The position numbers and the translations under genes were made by a program. This document shows, one piece after another, positions 39,701 to 53,871 of a DNA stretch of 64,000 nucleotides. The stretch covers positions 9,300,001 through 9,364,000 of the forward strand of contig NC_042999.1 in the NCBI RefSeq assembly GCF_006345805.1. Reading direction: 5' to 3'. Position 1 is the stretch's first letter; each line of letters starts with the position of its first letter. Source of the DNA: Octopus sinensis (lineage: Eukaryota). The notes beneath the pieces were generated by a model. The model made no database searches. It saw only the letters and a list, made by a program, of their open reading frames with translations, and was not told the origin of the DNA.

Positions 39701-42700
39701 TTAATATCTAATTCTTATGCTTTCTTTAAACTTGATTTCGAAACGTACGTCCGTGGATAACTAAAAAAATGTATGATAGATTGCAGTCAATTCATTCTCT
39801 CTTACCTGTTGTGTCTGCCTTCCAAATGCTGTTTTTACTGAGATCTCCCTTTTTGTAGAAGAAATAGCTAAACCCTTTGACTGCTATTTCTAAATTCGGT
39901 ATGTGGTAAGGCAACTCGTTGCTAAACCCTTATTGCTTAGTATTACTTAAATTTTCCTCGAATGAGGCTTTTACATGCCGAAGACTACTTGGTGTGTTGA
40001 TAATTTTTCCAAATTAATTAATTTCACCCTTCATTATTACGGATAACCATATTTTATCTCAGTAGATGACCACAGCATCTTGTTTTGGCTACACGCGGGT
40101 GGAAGGGGCTGTTGACACAATCGTTTCATTCACAAATTGAATTCGGTGATACCAGTTGCGGATTCTAGCTCGCTCTGATACTGAGTGGAGTTGGTGCCTT
40201 CTGGTATCTCAAAATTCAATATTAATCATTTATGATTATAGTATTCTACGCTGAAGAGAAAAGAAGTTCGGTAAGATAGAATTATTTATATTTAATATTT
40301 AATATCTAATTCTTATGCTTCCTTAAAACTTGATTTCGAAACGTACGTCCGTGGATAACTAAAAAATGTATGATAGATTGCAGTCAATCATTCTCTCTTA
40401 CCTGTTTGTGTCTGCCTTCCAAATGCTGTTTTTACTGAGATCTCGCTTTTTTGTAGAAGAAATAGCTATAACCCTTTGACTGCTATTTCTAAATTCGGTA
40501 TGTGGTAAGGCAACTCGTTGCTAAACCCTTATTGCTTAGTATTACTTAAATTTTCCTCGAATGAGGCTTTTACATGCCGAAGACTACTTGGTGTAATTGA
40601 TAATTTTCCAAATTAATTAATTTCACCCTTCATTATTACGGATAACCATATTTTATCTCAGTAGATGACCACAGCATCTTGTTTTGGCTACACGCGGGTG
40701 GGAAGGGGCTGTTGACACAATCGTTTCATTCACAAATTGAATTCGGTGATACCAGTTGCGGATTCTAGCTCGCTCTGATACTGAGTGGGTTGGTGCCTTC
40801 TGGTATCAAAATTCAATATATAATCATTTATGATTATAGTATTCTACGCTGAAGAGAAAAGAAGTTTCGGTAAGATAGAATTATTTAATTTAATATTTAA
40901 TATCATTCTTATGCTTTCCTTAAAACTTGATTTCGAAACGTACGTCCGTGGATAACTAAAAAATGTATGATAGATTGCAGTCAATTCATTCTCTCTTACC
41001 TGTTTGTGTCTGCCTTCCAAATGCTGTTTTTACTGAGATCTCGCTTTTTGTAGAAGAAATAGCTATAACCCTTTGACTGCTATTTCTAAATTCGGTATGT
41101 GGTAAGGCAACTCGTTGCTAAACCCTTATTGCTTAGTATTACTTAAATTTTCTCGAATGAGGCTTTTACATGCCGAAGACTACTTGGTGTAATGATAATT
41201 TTTCCAAATTAATTAATTTCACCCTTCATTATTACGGATAACCATATTTTATCTCAGTAGATGACCACAGCATCTTGTTTTGGCTACACGCGGGTGGGAA
41301 GGGGCTGTTGACACAATCGTTTCATTCACAAATGAATTCGGTGATACCAGTTGCGGATTCTAGCTCGCTCTGATACTGAGTGGAGTTGGTGCCTTCTGGT
41401 ATCTCAAAATTCAATATATCATTTATGATTATAGTATTCTACGCTGAAGAGAAAAGAAGTTTCGGTAAGATAGAATTATTTATTATTTAATATTTAATAT
41501 CTAATCTTATGCTTTCCTTAAAACTTGATTTCGAAACGTACGTCCGTGGATAACTAAAAAAATGTATGATAGATTGCAGTCAATTCATTCTCTCCTACCT
41601 GTTTGTGTCTGCCTTCCAAATGCTGTTTACTGAGATCTCCCTTTTTGTAGAAGAAATAGCTATAACCCTTTGACTGCTATTTCTAAATTCGGTATGTGTA
41701 AGGCAACTCGTTGCTAACCCTTATTGCTTAGTATTACTTAAATTTTCCTCGAATGAGGCTTTTACATGCCGAAGACTACTTGGTGTAATTGATAATTTTT
41801 CCAAATTAATTAATTTCACCCTTCATTATTACGGATAACCATATTTTATCTCAGTAGATGACCACAGCATCTTGTTTTGGCTACACGCGGGTGGGAAGGG
41901 GCTGTTGACACAATCGTTTCATTCACAAATTGAATTCGGTGATACCAGTGCGGATTCTAGCTCGCTCTGATACTGAGTGGAGTTGGTGCCTTCTGGATCT
42001 CAAAATCAATATATAATCATTTATGATTATAGTATTCTACGCTGAAGAGAAAAGAAGTTTCGGTAAGATAGAATTATTTATTATTTAATATTTATATCTA
42101 ATTCTTATGCTTTCCTTAAAACTTGATTTCGAAACGTACGTCCGTGGATAACAAAAAAATGTATGATAGATTGCAGTCAATTCATTCTCTCTTACCTGTT
42201 TGTGTCTGCCTTCCAAATGCTGTTTTTACTGAGATCTCCCTTTTTGTAGAAGAAATAGCTATAACCCTTTGACTGCTATTTCTAAATTCGGTATGTGGTA
42301 AGGCAACTCGTTGCTAAACCCTTATTGCTTAGTATTACTTAAATTTTCCTCGAATGAGGCTTTTACATGCCGAAGACTACTTGGTGTAATTGATAATTTT
42401 TCCAAATTAATTAATTCACCCTTCATTATTACGGATAACCATATTTTATCTCAGTAGATGACCACAGCATCTTGTTTTGGCTACACGCGGGTGGGAAGGG
42501 CGGTTGACACAAGGGGATCGTGGTGGGTTTTGAGTTAGCTCGGACCACAATCGTTTCATTATCAATTTTACAATTGAATTCGCTTATGGTGCTTATACCA
42601 GTTATGCTTTTGAGATGTCGTTTTACGCGTGGCGCGACTCGTTGCTAAACGATGCTACTATTGGACGAGTGGAGTTGGTGCCTTCTGGTGGGATATCTCA

Positions 42701-43357
42701 AAATTCAAATTTATAATCAGGTATTATTAGAGTATTACTTGTTTTATCGCTAGAGAGATCGAATCACAAATAGGTGGTGAAGAGGGAAGGAAATAGAAGA
42801 TCGGAGTTTTCGGGTCAGAATTCAATTATATTATGATTAAGTATTTACGATCTAATTCTGACGCTTCGGTAAGTTAAATTACTTGATTTCGAAATTCTTA
42901 TGCGTCCAAACGTGAAACGATGGATAACTAAAAAAATGTATGATAGATTGCAGTCAATTCATTCTCTCTTACCTGTTTGTGTCTGCCTTCCAAATGCTGT
43001 TTTTACTGAGATCTCCCTTTTTTGTAGAAGAAATAGCTATAACCCTTTGACTGCTATTTCTAAATTCGGTATGTGGTAAGGCAACTCGTTGCTAAACCCT
43101 TATTGCTTAGTATATATATATATATATACATACATACATAGATCTATATGTATCGAAGCTTTTGTGGTGATCATTAAAAACTTGCCTAACCGTACTTACT
43201 CATCCTTTTGACTCTACCCTTTTTATTTTCACACACGAGGATTACCTTAGACTAGAATTGGTAGCATACTATAATAATACTATCGTCTATTTGAGAATTC
43301 TAAGGGTGAACGAGCTCTATTTGTACTCTAATACGTTCTTAACGGAGCACACCTCAA

Positions 43358-43454
<97 letters not shown>

Positions 43455-43462
43455 CATACATA

Positions 43463-44007
43463 CAGGGTGCGTCATATTTTCGAGGTTATTTGAATGAATT
43501 TAGAAAAAGACTCACAGGTCATGAAAGAAAAGCTGTATTTGAAAACAAATCTTGAGAATCCTTTTATCGGAGCTCTTTAATGAATCCACCGTTAATGTGA
43601 GTGACTGCTTCAATACGGAGTGAGGAGATTTGACATATCCGAATGAGATGATCCTTTATCACATTTGGATATAGAGCTTATGGCGGAACTGAGTGATTCT
43701 GTAGTTGTAATGGAAGTGTTGATTGACATCTCTCTCTCGACTACACACCATACGTAATAGTCCATTGGATTAATGTCTCCTGAACTAGGCGGCCATGTGT
43801 CGGAGGGAACATGGTCATGGAGATAGGCACTCTTGGGTTGTCCTAGCTTTATGAGACAGCGCAAAAACCTTGTTGGAAGACGTATGATCTTTTGTTGCTT
43901 ACTCTGTCCAGAGACTCACAATTCTCTCCAACACATGTAGACGAGCAGCCCTGACTCCCTGGGATACCAAACGTCGTCATGTACAGTTCTTTTGATTGTG
44001 CACCCTG
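43463..44007 (-). mobile_element. Tc1/mariner-superfamily transposase remnant
   Basis: DTWPPSSGDINPMDYYVW matches the WPxxSPDLNPxD motif, with upstream YVFQQ. TA-CAGGGTG at 43461-43469 and CACCCTG at 44001-44007 are TIR-like ends. Confidence 0.8.
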
Positions 44008-44247
44008 AAACCTTGAAATAAGAAAGAGCTACTCTAATACGTGTCCTCAAATACTGACACACTCTGTACACATACATGCACATATATATTTATATACATA
44101 CATATGTATGAACATTTATATATACTTTAATATTTTATATATTGACAGCTTTATAATTTATACCTTTATCATAATTTATACCTTTATTATTGTCTTCCTG
44201 GCATTTCGTTTGCTGCAAATATTTTCCTCGTTTATGGACGGCTATCC

Positions 44248-44314
<67 letters not shown>

Positions 44315-44862
44315 CGCGGTTTTCAAACCATTTAGCGTATAGTCGTCCTCGGCATTATAGCTTGCAGTAGGCCATTTTCGGTATGTGGCATTGAAAAGTC
44401 GCAACAATGACGAAACCTCGATGTCTGTCGCTCCGAGAAGGGGACCTGCTGTGAGTTCTCTCGTTTGCTTATGATTTACTTTCAGGGTTTTTTAACATGC
44501 ACATCGAAAATATATTCTCTTACTCCTAAAATGCAGCCAACCCACGAACTACCAACACACATACCTTGTGTATGTGTGTTCGATTTTGTTAATACACCTC
44601 AAGCTACGTCTAATTCATATATGAATGTTTGAATGAATATATGTATGTGTATATGTATGTGTGTGTGTATATATATATATCGACATTTTAAAACTGATGT
44701 AATACTTACAGTGTTTAATAAAATGAAGTAGCATGAAACGATTGTACTACACTACCTTGGATATCCTTGTTGCTTATTTTGATTATAATCACCCTGTTTG
44801 ATTTATATGGATAATACCATACTAAATTCTGGTGCCTTAACTTAAGTACCATATTCATCTCA

Positions 44863-44893
<31 letters not shown>

Positions 44894-44950
44894 TGTATGT
44901 ATATATGAGTGAGGGTGCTTATGGGAACATATGTGTGTTGGCAGAAACGT

Positions 44951-45175
44951 GAGCTGGCAGAAACGTTAGCGCGCAGGGCAAAATGCTTAGCGGTATTTCG
45001 TCTGTCGTTACGTTCTGAGTTCGAATTCCGCCGAGGTTGACTTTGTCTTTCATCCTTTCGGGGTCGATAAATAAAGTACCAGTTTCGCACTGGGGTCGAT
45101 GTAATCGACTTAATCCCTTTGCCTGTCCTTGTTTGTCCCCTCTATGTTTAGCCCCTTGTGGGTAGTAAAGAAATA
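44951..45175 (+). mobile_element. SINE family B
   Basis: Family B sequence, with ATATGTGTGTTG repeated on both sides. Confidence 0.88.
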
Positions 45176-47843
45176 TGTGTGTTGATGTGAATGTTTGAAG
45201 ATAGTTCAAGTTGACGGACTCTGAAATGTCAATTTATGTAAAATCGGTCAGTATTTCAAAAGACAAAGATAACGTTTATAGAAGAAATTTCATTTAGCAT
45301 TACTAATTACTTTATTATTATATATTTATATAAATATTTATTTTATTTACATACTATAATTAAAATTATAAGAATATATAAAGATAAGTTTTACACGCAT
45401 GATTTTAGCAAACTGCAAATCAACCAAATCTGTAATATATAGCTTACACATGTGGTATAAAATCGGCAATATAATATAAATTGATACATGTAATATATAA
45501 AATGCATCATTTAGCATGTAGTATTTTGTAGGTTGTGAATATCCCATAGGACATCCGAACAATACATAACAGGATTTGTTATTCAGCTCAGGAGGCTTAT
45601 AATAAACGTAATATTCGTGTCTTAGTTTTTAAAACCCTTAGTTTATTATTGATTTCTGTGTGTGTCTGTAGTATTTTGTAATTTCTTTAGAAGATTTTTG
45701 TTTTGTCTGTGGAATCAGGCTTTGAAACAAATATTGTTTTATTTTGGGTGGTTCATGTTGCTAAATAAAGAAAAAAACACAAAAGTAAAGAACCAGGGTT
45801 AGGGGATAGCTTGGAAGTGTAGGAGTGGTGCTCTGTCATTGGTAAGGTCGGAGACTGACGAAATAACTTTGACACACAAATTTATTAATTTCATAATAAA
45901 TTAATTCGTCATAAAACTGAAGTAAAAGTGAGTGCAACAAGATGTGTGTGTGTATGTATGTATATATATATATATAATATGCACAAATATATATACATAT
46001 ACAAACTTGTGTATGTATATGTTATGTGTATATAATATACTGTATATGTGTTATATGTACATATATAAGGTTACACATGTTTATACAATCAAAATTAGAA
46101 CCGAATCAAATATAGCAAAATGAAATATTTAATGATGGAGTCCTTTAGTAATTATACATTGTCATGTCTCTATGTTCTGTTAAGTTACACCTGTTTCATG
46201 TGAATAGAAGTGCCTTGTATGAAATGTTTGAGATGGCGTTTTTATGTTTGCAGTATTACATGACGGATTTGAGGATTCCGTTGCATATATTAACATACAT
46301 TAAATTACATTAACATAGCTTGTTAAAACAAAATCGTGATTTGATATGGGTTGGTGGAAAATTATTTGGCTACATTAGGCTGTAGTTTTCATAAACTACC
46401 ACAGAGAGAAAATTGATATTTTCATTATGTCCGCGAGTGAATTGTTGTATGATAAATATGAAGTTTCCGGTAGGGATTGGCGATATAAATCAAAGAATAT
46501 AAACTTAGAACAGAGAGTATCTCAGCTTTGGCTAAATTCAAGAAGCGAAATAGAAATTACGATTTCCCGTGTTAAATAATTAAATATTAATCCCTGCAAG
46601 TAGGCAACGCTATAATTTTCCACTGTTTCAGGAAGTATTTATCAATGTGGGAACAGTTAGCGTTCACATTTAGCCCTTTATTTGACATATTGATATTCCG
46701 TAGATTTGTTGAGGGTCTGGCTTGTTAATTTTCTCAGCAGTGTATATCTGCACTTTTGGTACCACTTTTGTGGGGACATCTTTCAAGAAACTTTCACTCG
46801 ATGTCGAATCCAGTTTCATATTTTTCAACTTCCAGAAACAACTCCATAGTTTGGTAGTCTTCTTTTATTTCCTTGAGGGAAGAAACGTATTTGACAATGT
46901 ACACATATCTATATTTCAATTAACACTTTTCTCAATGCGGTTCTATGTGTCTTTTTCCAATGCGTCTCTTTGATCGATTCCATTTGATTAAAGCTTTGCA
47001 CAAACCTGCAAATTTACTCTTAGTTCTTTAAATATAAGGACGGCAGTTCTTAGTGGGATTTGAATGTCCAAAACTTATAAATAGTGAAGCTGCTGAAACA
47101 CCTATCTTTTGGTGTAATTTCTCCCACATTTTCGCATTTGTAATTGTACACGTAGGATTCAATTGCACTTCTACCGCATCCAAAAACTGCTTAAAATACA
47201 ATGTTTGAGTTTGTGTTGGTGGAGGCGACCTTGCTTCGTACATAATAGCTCCACCACTTGTGATATATAAAGAAGAAATGCATCTATGTTTCCAGATTTT
47301 ATCCGGTATCTTTTGATTAGTGTAATCGGCTTAATTGTTATGAAGTTTTAAATATTTGAGAGTATTGTGGTTATACCTACATTTAAGAAAATGACGGTAA
47401 GATGTAAAGTGTATGATGTTATGACACCTTTACTTCCTATTAGGTAGCGGGTGACTTCAATATATACGGGGTCTTATCTTAGAGTCCGCTCTCCTTTTGT
47501 GCTTTGTTCACCCAGATAACCACATTGACAAAGATTTCGATGTTCAGCGACAGACTGATGAGTCTTCCACTGATATTATCAATCGTGTTTTCTCAAACTA
47601 TAAGAGATGGCGGGAATCTCGAGAGATTTAGATCATAGAGAAATAACAAAACACGCAATCTTTTTACAACCGAAAATGAACCTCAGAAACCTCAGACTAA
47701 ATCCGTTCATTAATTCTTCAGCTTGACCAACTACAGAGTCGTGCAAAAATCCTCCCACATTTTACAGGTTAATAAAATATTTCCCTAAAACACGCACAAT
47801 GCGCATTAGTCCCTATTAATCAAATGGTATTTGATTTAAAAAA

Positions 47844-48074
47844 GGCGGCGAGCTGGCAGAAGCGTTAGCACGCCAGGCGAAATTCTCAGCGGTGTTTCGT
47901 CTGCCGCTACGTTCTTAGTTCAAATTCCGACGAGGTCGACTTTGCCTTTCATCCTTTCGGGGTCGATTAAATAAGTACCAGTTACGCACTGGGGTCGATG
48001 TAATCGACTTAATTCATTTGTCTGTCCTTGTTTGTCCTCTCTGTGTTTAACCCCTCGTGGTTAGTAAAGAAATA
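47844..48074 (+). mobile_element. SINE family B with a ~18-bp TSD
   Basis: GGTATTTGATTT(T)AAAAAA on both flanks. Confidence 0.9.
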
Positions 48075-48373
48075 GGTATTTGATTTTAAAAAAAGGCTAC
48101 AAAACATTTGTTATATGAAGACATCGTTTGCGCATGCTTAATTTATTGGGGCCACATTAATGTCCGTGGAAAATACGGCAGGGTTTTCCGTCTCCGCCTG
48201 TATATGATAGATCAGTGATGCTCATCAAGTCTTAACACTTTGTTATTTACATAAGCACAGAAAGATTATGACATCACTTTACTGAACGGATTAATGCTTG
48301 CTCATTTGTCACAATACTTTGGTCTTTATCACAAATTCTATATTTTCCTCCTAAGTTTCAATTCACGCTGAGA

Positions 48374-48409
<36 letters not shown>

Positions 48410-48988
48410 AAGTAGTAGTACAGTTGGTGATTCCCTATTCCTGGTAGATCACGCCATTGCACAGCTCAGGTGACACCCTCCAACTCAAGGGTCTGTTTGC
48501 TGGTGAGGGTTTTGGGAGGCCAGAGTGCAAATCCTACTTCCAACTCTTTTGGTAGCTTTTTACGACACGCAGAAGAAACGTTAGATGAGAGAGACACTGC
48601 TTTAATCCCTCTGACATTATACACAATCAATCCTTGTCGTTGACACGTCACATACAACAATGCACTCATTGACATTTCTTTATTAGCAATCCCCACATAA
48701 TCTCAAGATTTCTCCTAACTGAACCACATTTAATAAGTCCTTCAGTATTGCCATTTTGCACCAACCCAAGGGGAATAACTCAACTCATAACAAATATTAA
48801 TACATAATAGACTATGGCCCTTACATAATCTTCAACTCCACCACGCAATCCTGGACCCTGAGAATGTAGCTGAAAATAATCATAACGGTTACCGGTCGTT
48901 GCTTGTTGTTGCAAGTGTGTTTAATATTCTTATGGTTATTTATTTTTCTGGGATATGTGTGTGTGTGTGTTACCTGAGAGTAAAGTAG

Positions 48989-49033
<45 letters not shown>

Positions 49034-50009
49034 ATATAGTGAGAAGTGATAGGATGGAGAGATCCAGCTGTCAACGTAAGTGCGTTGATGTTAGTATTAC
49101 AATATATATGTATATAGTTATCATTGTATAAATATATATTATTGTATACATTTATATATGATATAATACATACATTTATATATATATATATATTAATATA
49201 TGTTATTGTATTGTATACATATATATGATATTTTACATATATATATGATATTATTGTATTGTATACATATATATATTCAGTTTTATATGCCCAGATTGGA
49301 TTATAATATAATAAAAATATATCTTTTTTTTGTTTTTTTGGCAATGAAAAGCATTTCTGAAATGTGTTTTGGTGGCAGCATACAAAAGACAAGGAACAAA
49401 CACAATGAAAGCTCAATTATTTCCGTAAGAATTTTTACAAAAACAAAAAAAATCATAGATTTCTTTCCATGCAAGAATTGCCAACGAAACGAATCGTCTT
49501 CTTGAAAGCCATCAGCAAATTACACGAATTAATGCAAAGAAATTCTGGCAAACTTGAATTCCACCTTGGACCTATTCACCAGTGGTTTACTCTCCGACAA
49601 ACTACAATTAATATTACTTCTGTTCGTATATTCAGCTATTGTTTGGTAGTATAGCGTTATATTTTATATCCGTGTCAACCTCTTGTCTTGTTTTTCATTT
49701 ATTTATTTATCTATTTACTAATTCACTCATTCATTTACTGTGGCTTATTGTTTTGAACTGAGTTCTTGCATATTTATTCCCTAGTTATATTTCGTTTTCT
49801 GTTTTATTATTATTGATTTTTCTTTACTTTTAATCCGCATGTTTGGTACAGTGAACTGTCGGAACACACCCAGTGTCCTGGGGCGAGTGAACGACGAGAT
49901 GTTACAGTGAGACTGAAAGCTTGGAGGGGAAGTAGCGAAATATCTTTACGTAATACAACACAGACATCTAAATGGATAGGGTTTATTATTATTATTATTA
50001 TTATTGAAG

Positions 50010-50225
50010 ACTGCGAGCTGGCAGACTCTGTAGCACGCCAGACAAAACGCTTATCAGGATTTCGTCCGTCTATACATTGGTTCTGAGTTCAAATTCCGCA
50101 GTGGTCGTCTTTGCCTTTCATCCTTTCGGGATCGATAAACGAAGTGCCAGTTGAGCTCTGGGGTGGATCTCATCGACTTCCCCCCTTCCCCAAACTTTAC
50201 TGACCTTGTGCCAAAATTTGATGCC
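50010..50225 (+). mobile_element. SINE family B variant following (ATT)n
   Basis: Family B core. Confidence 0.8.
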
Positions 50226-50754
50226 ATTATTTCCATTATTATTTTCCTTTTAGTTTTTTCATTTCTATTTATTTACTGATTTTTTTCTTAATGATCGTCT
50301 GTTGATATGAATATATCGTCATCTCGTTTCTGTTCTTGATAACGCTGCTTCTAATTTTTCCATTTCTTTTCCGAATTAACCTTTGTTTATTGCTTTCTGT
50401 CAAATTCATTAAAGTTTAACAATATCTCCCAGTCTTTATTAACACAATCTCTTCTCAAATTACAAACCGTCGTCACTGATTCCCTTCCACGAAAGATTTA
50501 TGTTGCTCTTTATAAAACCATTTTGAATGTTACGTCAGAGTCGATTTTTGTTTTGTATTTTTAGTGGGGATTTTTTATGGTTTTGTTTCATAGATTTTAC
50601 CTTTTACAATTATAAAATGGTGTCGCCTTTGGTGTTAATTAGTCTCCGAGGTGATAAACTACAATTTTATAATAAGATAAAATTGCCAAGTGTTTGGTTA
50701 TATGATAATGCTAACGCTAATTTAGTCTCCACAGGCGTAGTTGCGAGTTAAGAA

Positions 50755-51530
50755 CTAGCTTACCAACAACAAAGTTCCGGGTGCCTTCCCACTGCGTGGC
50801 ACGTTGGACAAGAATCGTCTGTCATAGCGTCGGACTGACCAATGTCTTGTGAGAGGATATGGTGAACGAAAACTGAAAGAATGTGTCTGTGTGTGTGCTT
50901 CACCACCACTGGTCAACTGGTGTTCTTCTGCTTCCAATCAGGACTCACGCCATTAGCCACAAAGAATAATCTCTAATTCGAGCCTACTCTAAGCTACAAA
51001 GAATGTGTGCGGCAACTTGAAGATCCACCCACCACATGCGATAGACTGGCGGTTGCACGGGTGCGAAAGCTACGTTGTTATACTCATTCCGTAAACGGTT
51101 GCTTTTAACGGGTGGAGAGCTGAACCATCATGGGGTACAGAGGATTCGCAATCTAGACTAGGGTCTGAAAGTTTATCACACCAAAGTGGGTTACACCATG
51201 GTTTCTCTGCTTTGTAGCAGAAGTAGGAAGAAAGAGTGAGAGAAAGTTGTGGTGAAAGGGTGTTTTTGCTTAATAAACACAATGCCCGGTCTGGGAATCG
51301 AAACTGCGTTCTTACGACCGCGAGTCCGCTGCTCTAACCATTGGACCATTGCGCCTCCACTGGCAACTGGTGTTGGTGTAGATATGTCCCCGTAAAGAAG
51401 TTGATCGGCAAAAGGGACCAATGGAATAAGCGCCAAACTTAAAGTCCTGGGGTCGATTCAACGAACTAAGAATTCTTCAAGGAGGTGCCCCAGCATGGTC
51501 GCAGTCTAATGGCTGAGATAAAAGATACTA
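50755..51530. mobile_element. Cluster of diverged and nested SINE fragments (families C and A)
   Basis: Recognisable family C and family A segments on both strands. Confidence 0.65.
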
Positions 51531-52255
51531 AAATAAGTTTGATTTGAAGGGATTTTGTATGAAGCTGTGAATGTTCGTATTAACGTCTCTGGTTTAGTAG
51601 TTTCAGATTCGTTTGTTATATTACTGGTATCATCGCTGTACATGGTTCAGTCTAATCATTTCTATATTTTTGACACATTAATGTTTACATTTATTCATAC
51701 ATACACACAAACTTTATATTCATGTGTTTGTGTGTGTGTGTGTAAGAGATGGATGGATTGTCAGATGGACGAAGCATTTCCATAAACGCCGGGGAAAATT
51801 TGCTAAAATATGCATTTTCTTCGTTTCTTAATCTGTAAAGGATTGCAATACGGACAACATTTATTCAATTAATAAGCACTTGGCGATGACTGCGATCATC
51901 AATGGACTCTTAAATAAATATACACAACCATTGTGTATCGTGCATGCGTTATTTCGACTTATATATATAACAGTGTATATATTCTATTAACTTTCTCCTC
52001 TAAAATTTCAGTCTCAGACGTAAGTTTCTTTTGCACGCATTGTATTCCACGCCATGATCATAATTTTGCTGAGAAAGCACGATGTTAAGGCCTCGCTATA
52101 TAATCAAGTCCAATTTGGCAAAGGTTCAACGGTAATATCATACATTCTGTTCGTATTAGATTTGTTGGGAAATGATAGAACGACTCAGCTTGGTGAATTC
52201 AAGCGTTCATGCAAATGCCGGCATTCTTGCGCAAGTTAAAGCGTATACGCACACA

Positions 52256-52312
<57 letters not shown>

Positions 52313-52371
52313 ACACATGCACATATATGTGCATGCATATCCACAAATATATACAAACATACATGTTTGTA

Positions 52372-52406
<35 letters not shown>

Positions 52407-52460
52407 CACATATGCACATATATGTGTATGCATATCCACAAATATATATAAACATACATG

Positions 52461-52504
<44 letters not shown>

Positions 52505-53535
52505 ACACGTATGCAGTCCATGCATAGGATACATAAATGGATACAAATCAATCAAATTTCAATAAGAAATCTTCATTTTTTTCGGAGAAGTAGCTGTTAA
52601 TTCGTTCCTCCCCTACTATATATAATATTTACTCTGTTATGGCTTTGAGTTGTAACATGGTGCCAGTTTATTTAAGTACCAAGACACGCATCTATCCTAT
52701 ACGTAAAGGCATGAATAGATATAAAAACCTGTGTGTGTGTGACTGTTATGCATAAATACATTAAATGCGCCTAGCTTATGACAGCACGTAGGCTGCGTTA
52801 TCTATGAAAGTGCCTGCAGTGTGTATCTATGCATTAACATGTGTACAGATAGCTACACACTTCATCTTGGCATGAATTAGATAAGAAAAGAATGGCGTAG
52901 ATTTATAGCCATGAGGTTTGTTCGAAATAAAGCGAAACTAGAAATAACGAGATATATAAATGACAGAATATTTATTGGAGCGAGCAGAAAAATGTTCAGA
53001 GTATCAAAAAACTTTTGCTGATGTAAGAGACAGAACCTTTGCGCAAAGTTTCAGTTTAATTAGAATTTGCAGACAATGAAAGAAATGGAAATAATGATTG
53101 TCTAATAGAAATTTGGATTTAACAAGAAGTGACTAAACGTAATTCATTGTTTTTCTCACCTTGCAGTAAATTTTATTTATTAATATTGTTTCTAAACATT
53201 CTATAAAATATATAACGAAGGACTTTGCTATTTTTCTTCTGTGCAGATGGCTCTCATGGCAATTTTTTTTGGTCATCAGAAATCAAACCCAATTAAAAGC
53301 ATTGGAAAGTTAAATGAAATAATTACCATAGACACAGACACAATTACATACGCGTGCTCGCAAACACACACACATACATATATATACGTACATGTGTGTG
53401 TGTGCGGGTATTTTTAAATATGGAGAGTCACAGGGTTGTGAGTATGTTTGTGTGGCAATGCATCGGCGTTATGTGTGTGCGTGTATGAGTGTGCGTGCGT
53501 GTATCATTTAATGTTCACAGAATAAAGATACCAGT

Positions 53536-53871
53536 TACTAATGGTTTCCTGCGTGGAGACGCGCGCCTGGACAAGGTCTTAATATAAGCATTGTGTCTCC
53601 AAGCAATTCGCGAAGTTCTGAGTACATGGAGTATTCAATTTGCAAATCAGGACGCTGGTACGAGATGAATGGCGAGAAAAAATGAGTATGTAAATGCAAA
53701 AAGTGGAGGATGAGTAAAAACGGTAAAAAAAAATTAAAACAAACTGAAAAGGAAGGAAATTAGAGCTCTGCTCCCTTTTTGACCGTAAAGCCAAAATTCA
53801 ACAGTCACAGACAAATGGCGTGTTATAAGAACGTGCCTAGATACGCGTCTCCAAACGTGAAACCATTAGTA
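53536..53871. mobile_element. MITE-like element with ~45-bp imperfect TIRs
   Basis: TACTAATGGTTTC..GGAGACGCG at the left end and CGCGTCTCC..GAAACCATTAGTA at the right end. Confidence 0.55.

Larger units (their letters stand above)
33894..43112. repeat. Tandem array of ~605-bp units (about 15 copies) with an internal inversion; retrozyme/PLE pseudo-LTR-like
   Basis: Forward units start at 33894, 34501, 35107, 35710 and 36315 (partial, to 36523). The inverted block runs 36522-43112 with unit boundaries at 37024, 37635, 38238, 38844, 39451, 40050, 40649, 41245, 41842 and 42442. Copies differ mostly by 1-bp indels. Confidence 0.97.

Noticed and set aside
42505-42925. Scrambled version of the 605-bp unit, with unit fragments interleaved with unrelated short strings
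   Set aside because: It looks like a low-quality long-read consensus segment, since perfect unit sequence resumes at about 42925. I did not treat it as a diverged biological copy and did not count its hammerhead.
33894-43112. Array as a CRISPR, rDNA, 5S or snRNA cluster
   Set aside because: No repeat-spacer structure, and no recognisable rRNA, snRNA or tRNA sequence in the unit.
44305-44365. Minus-strand CCGAGGA...GAAAACCGCGGT, a possible decayed hammerhead with palindromic stem III
   Set aside because: Core U4 is missing and stem II pairing is poor, so it is not supportable from one copy.
46300-47350. Coding-like AT-rich stretch with broken minus-strand frames
   Set aside because: Probably a decayed transposon ORF, but I found no diagnostic motif to assign it.
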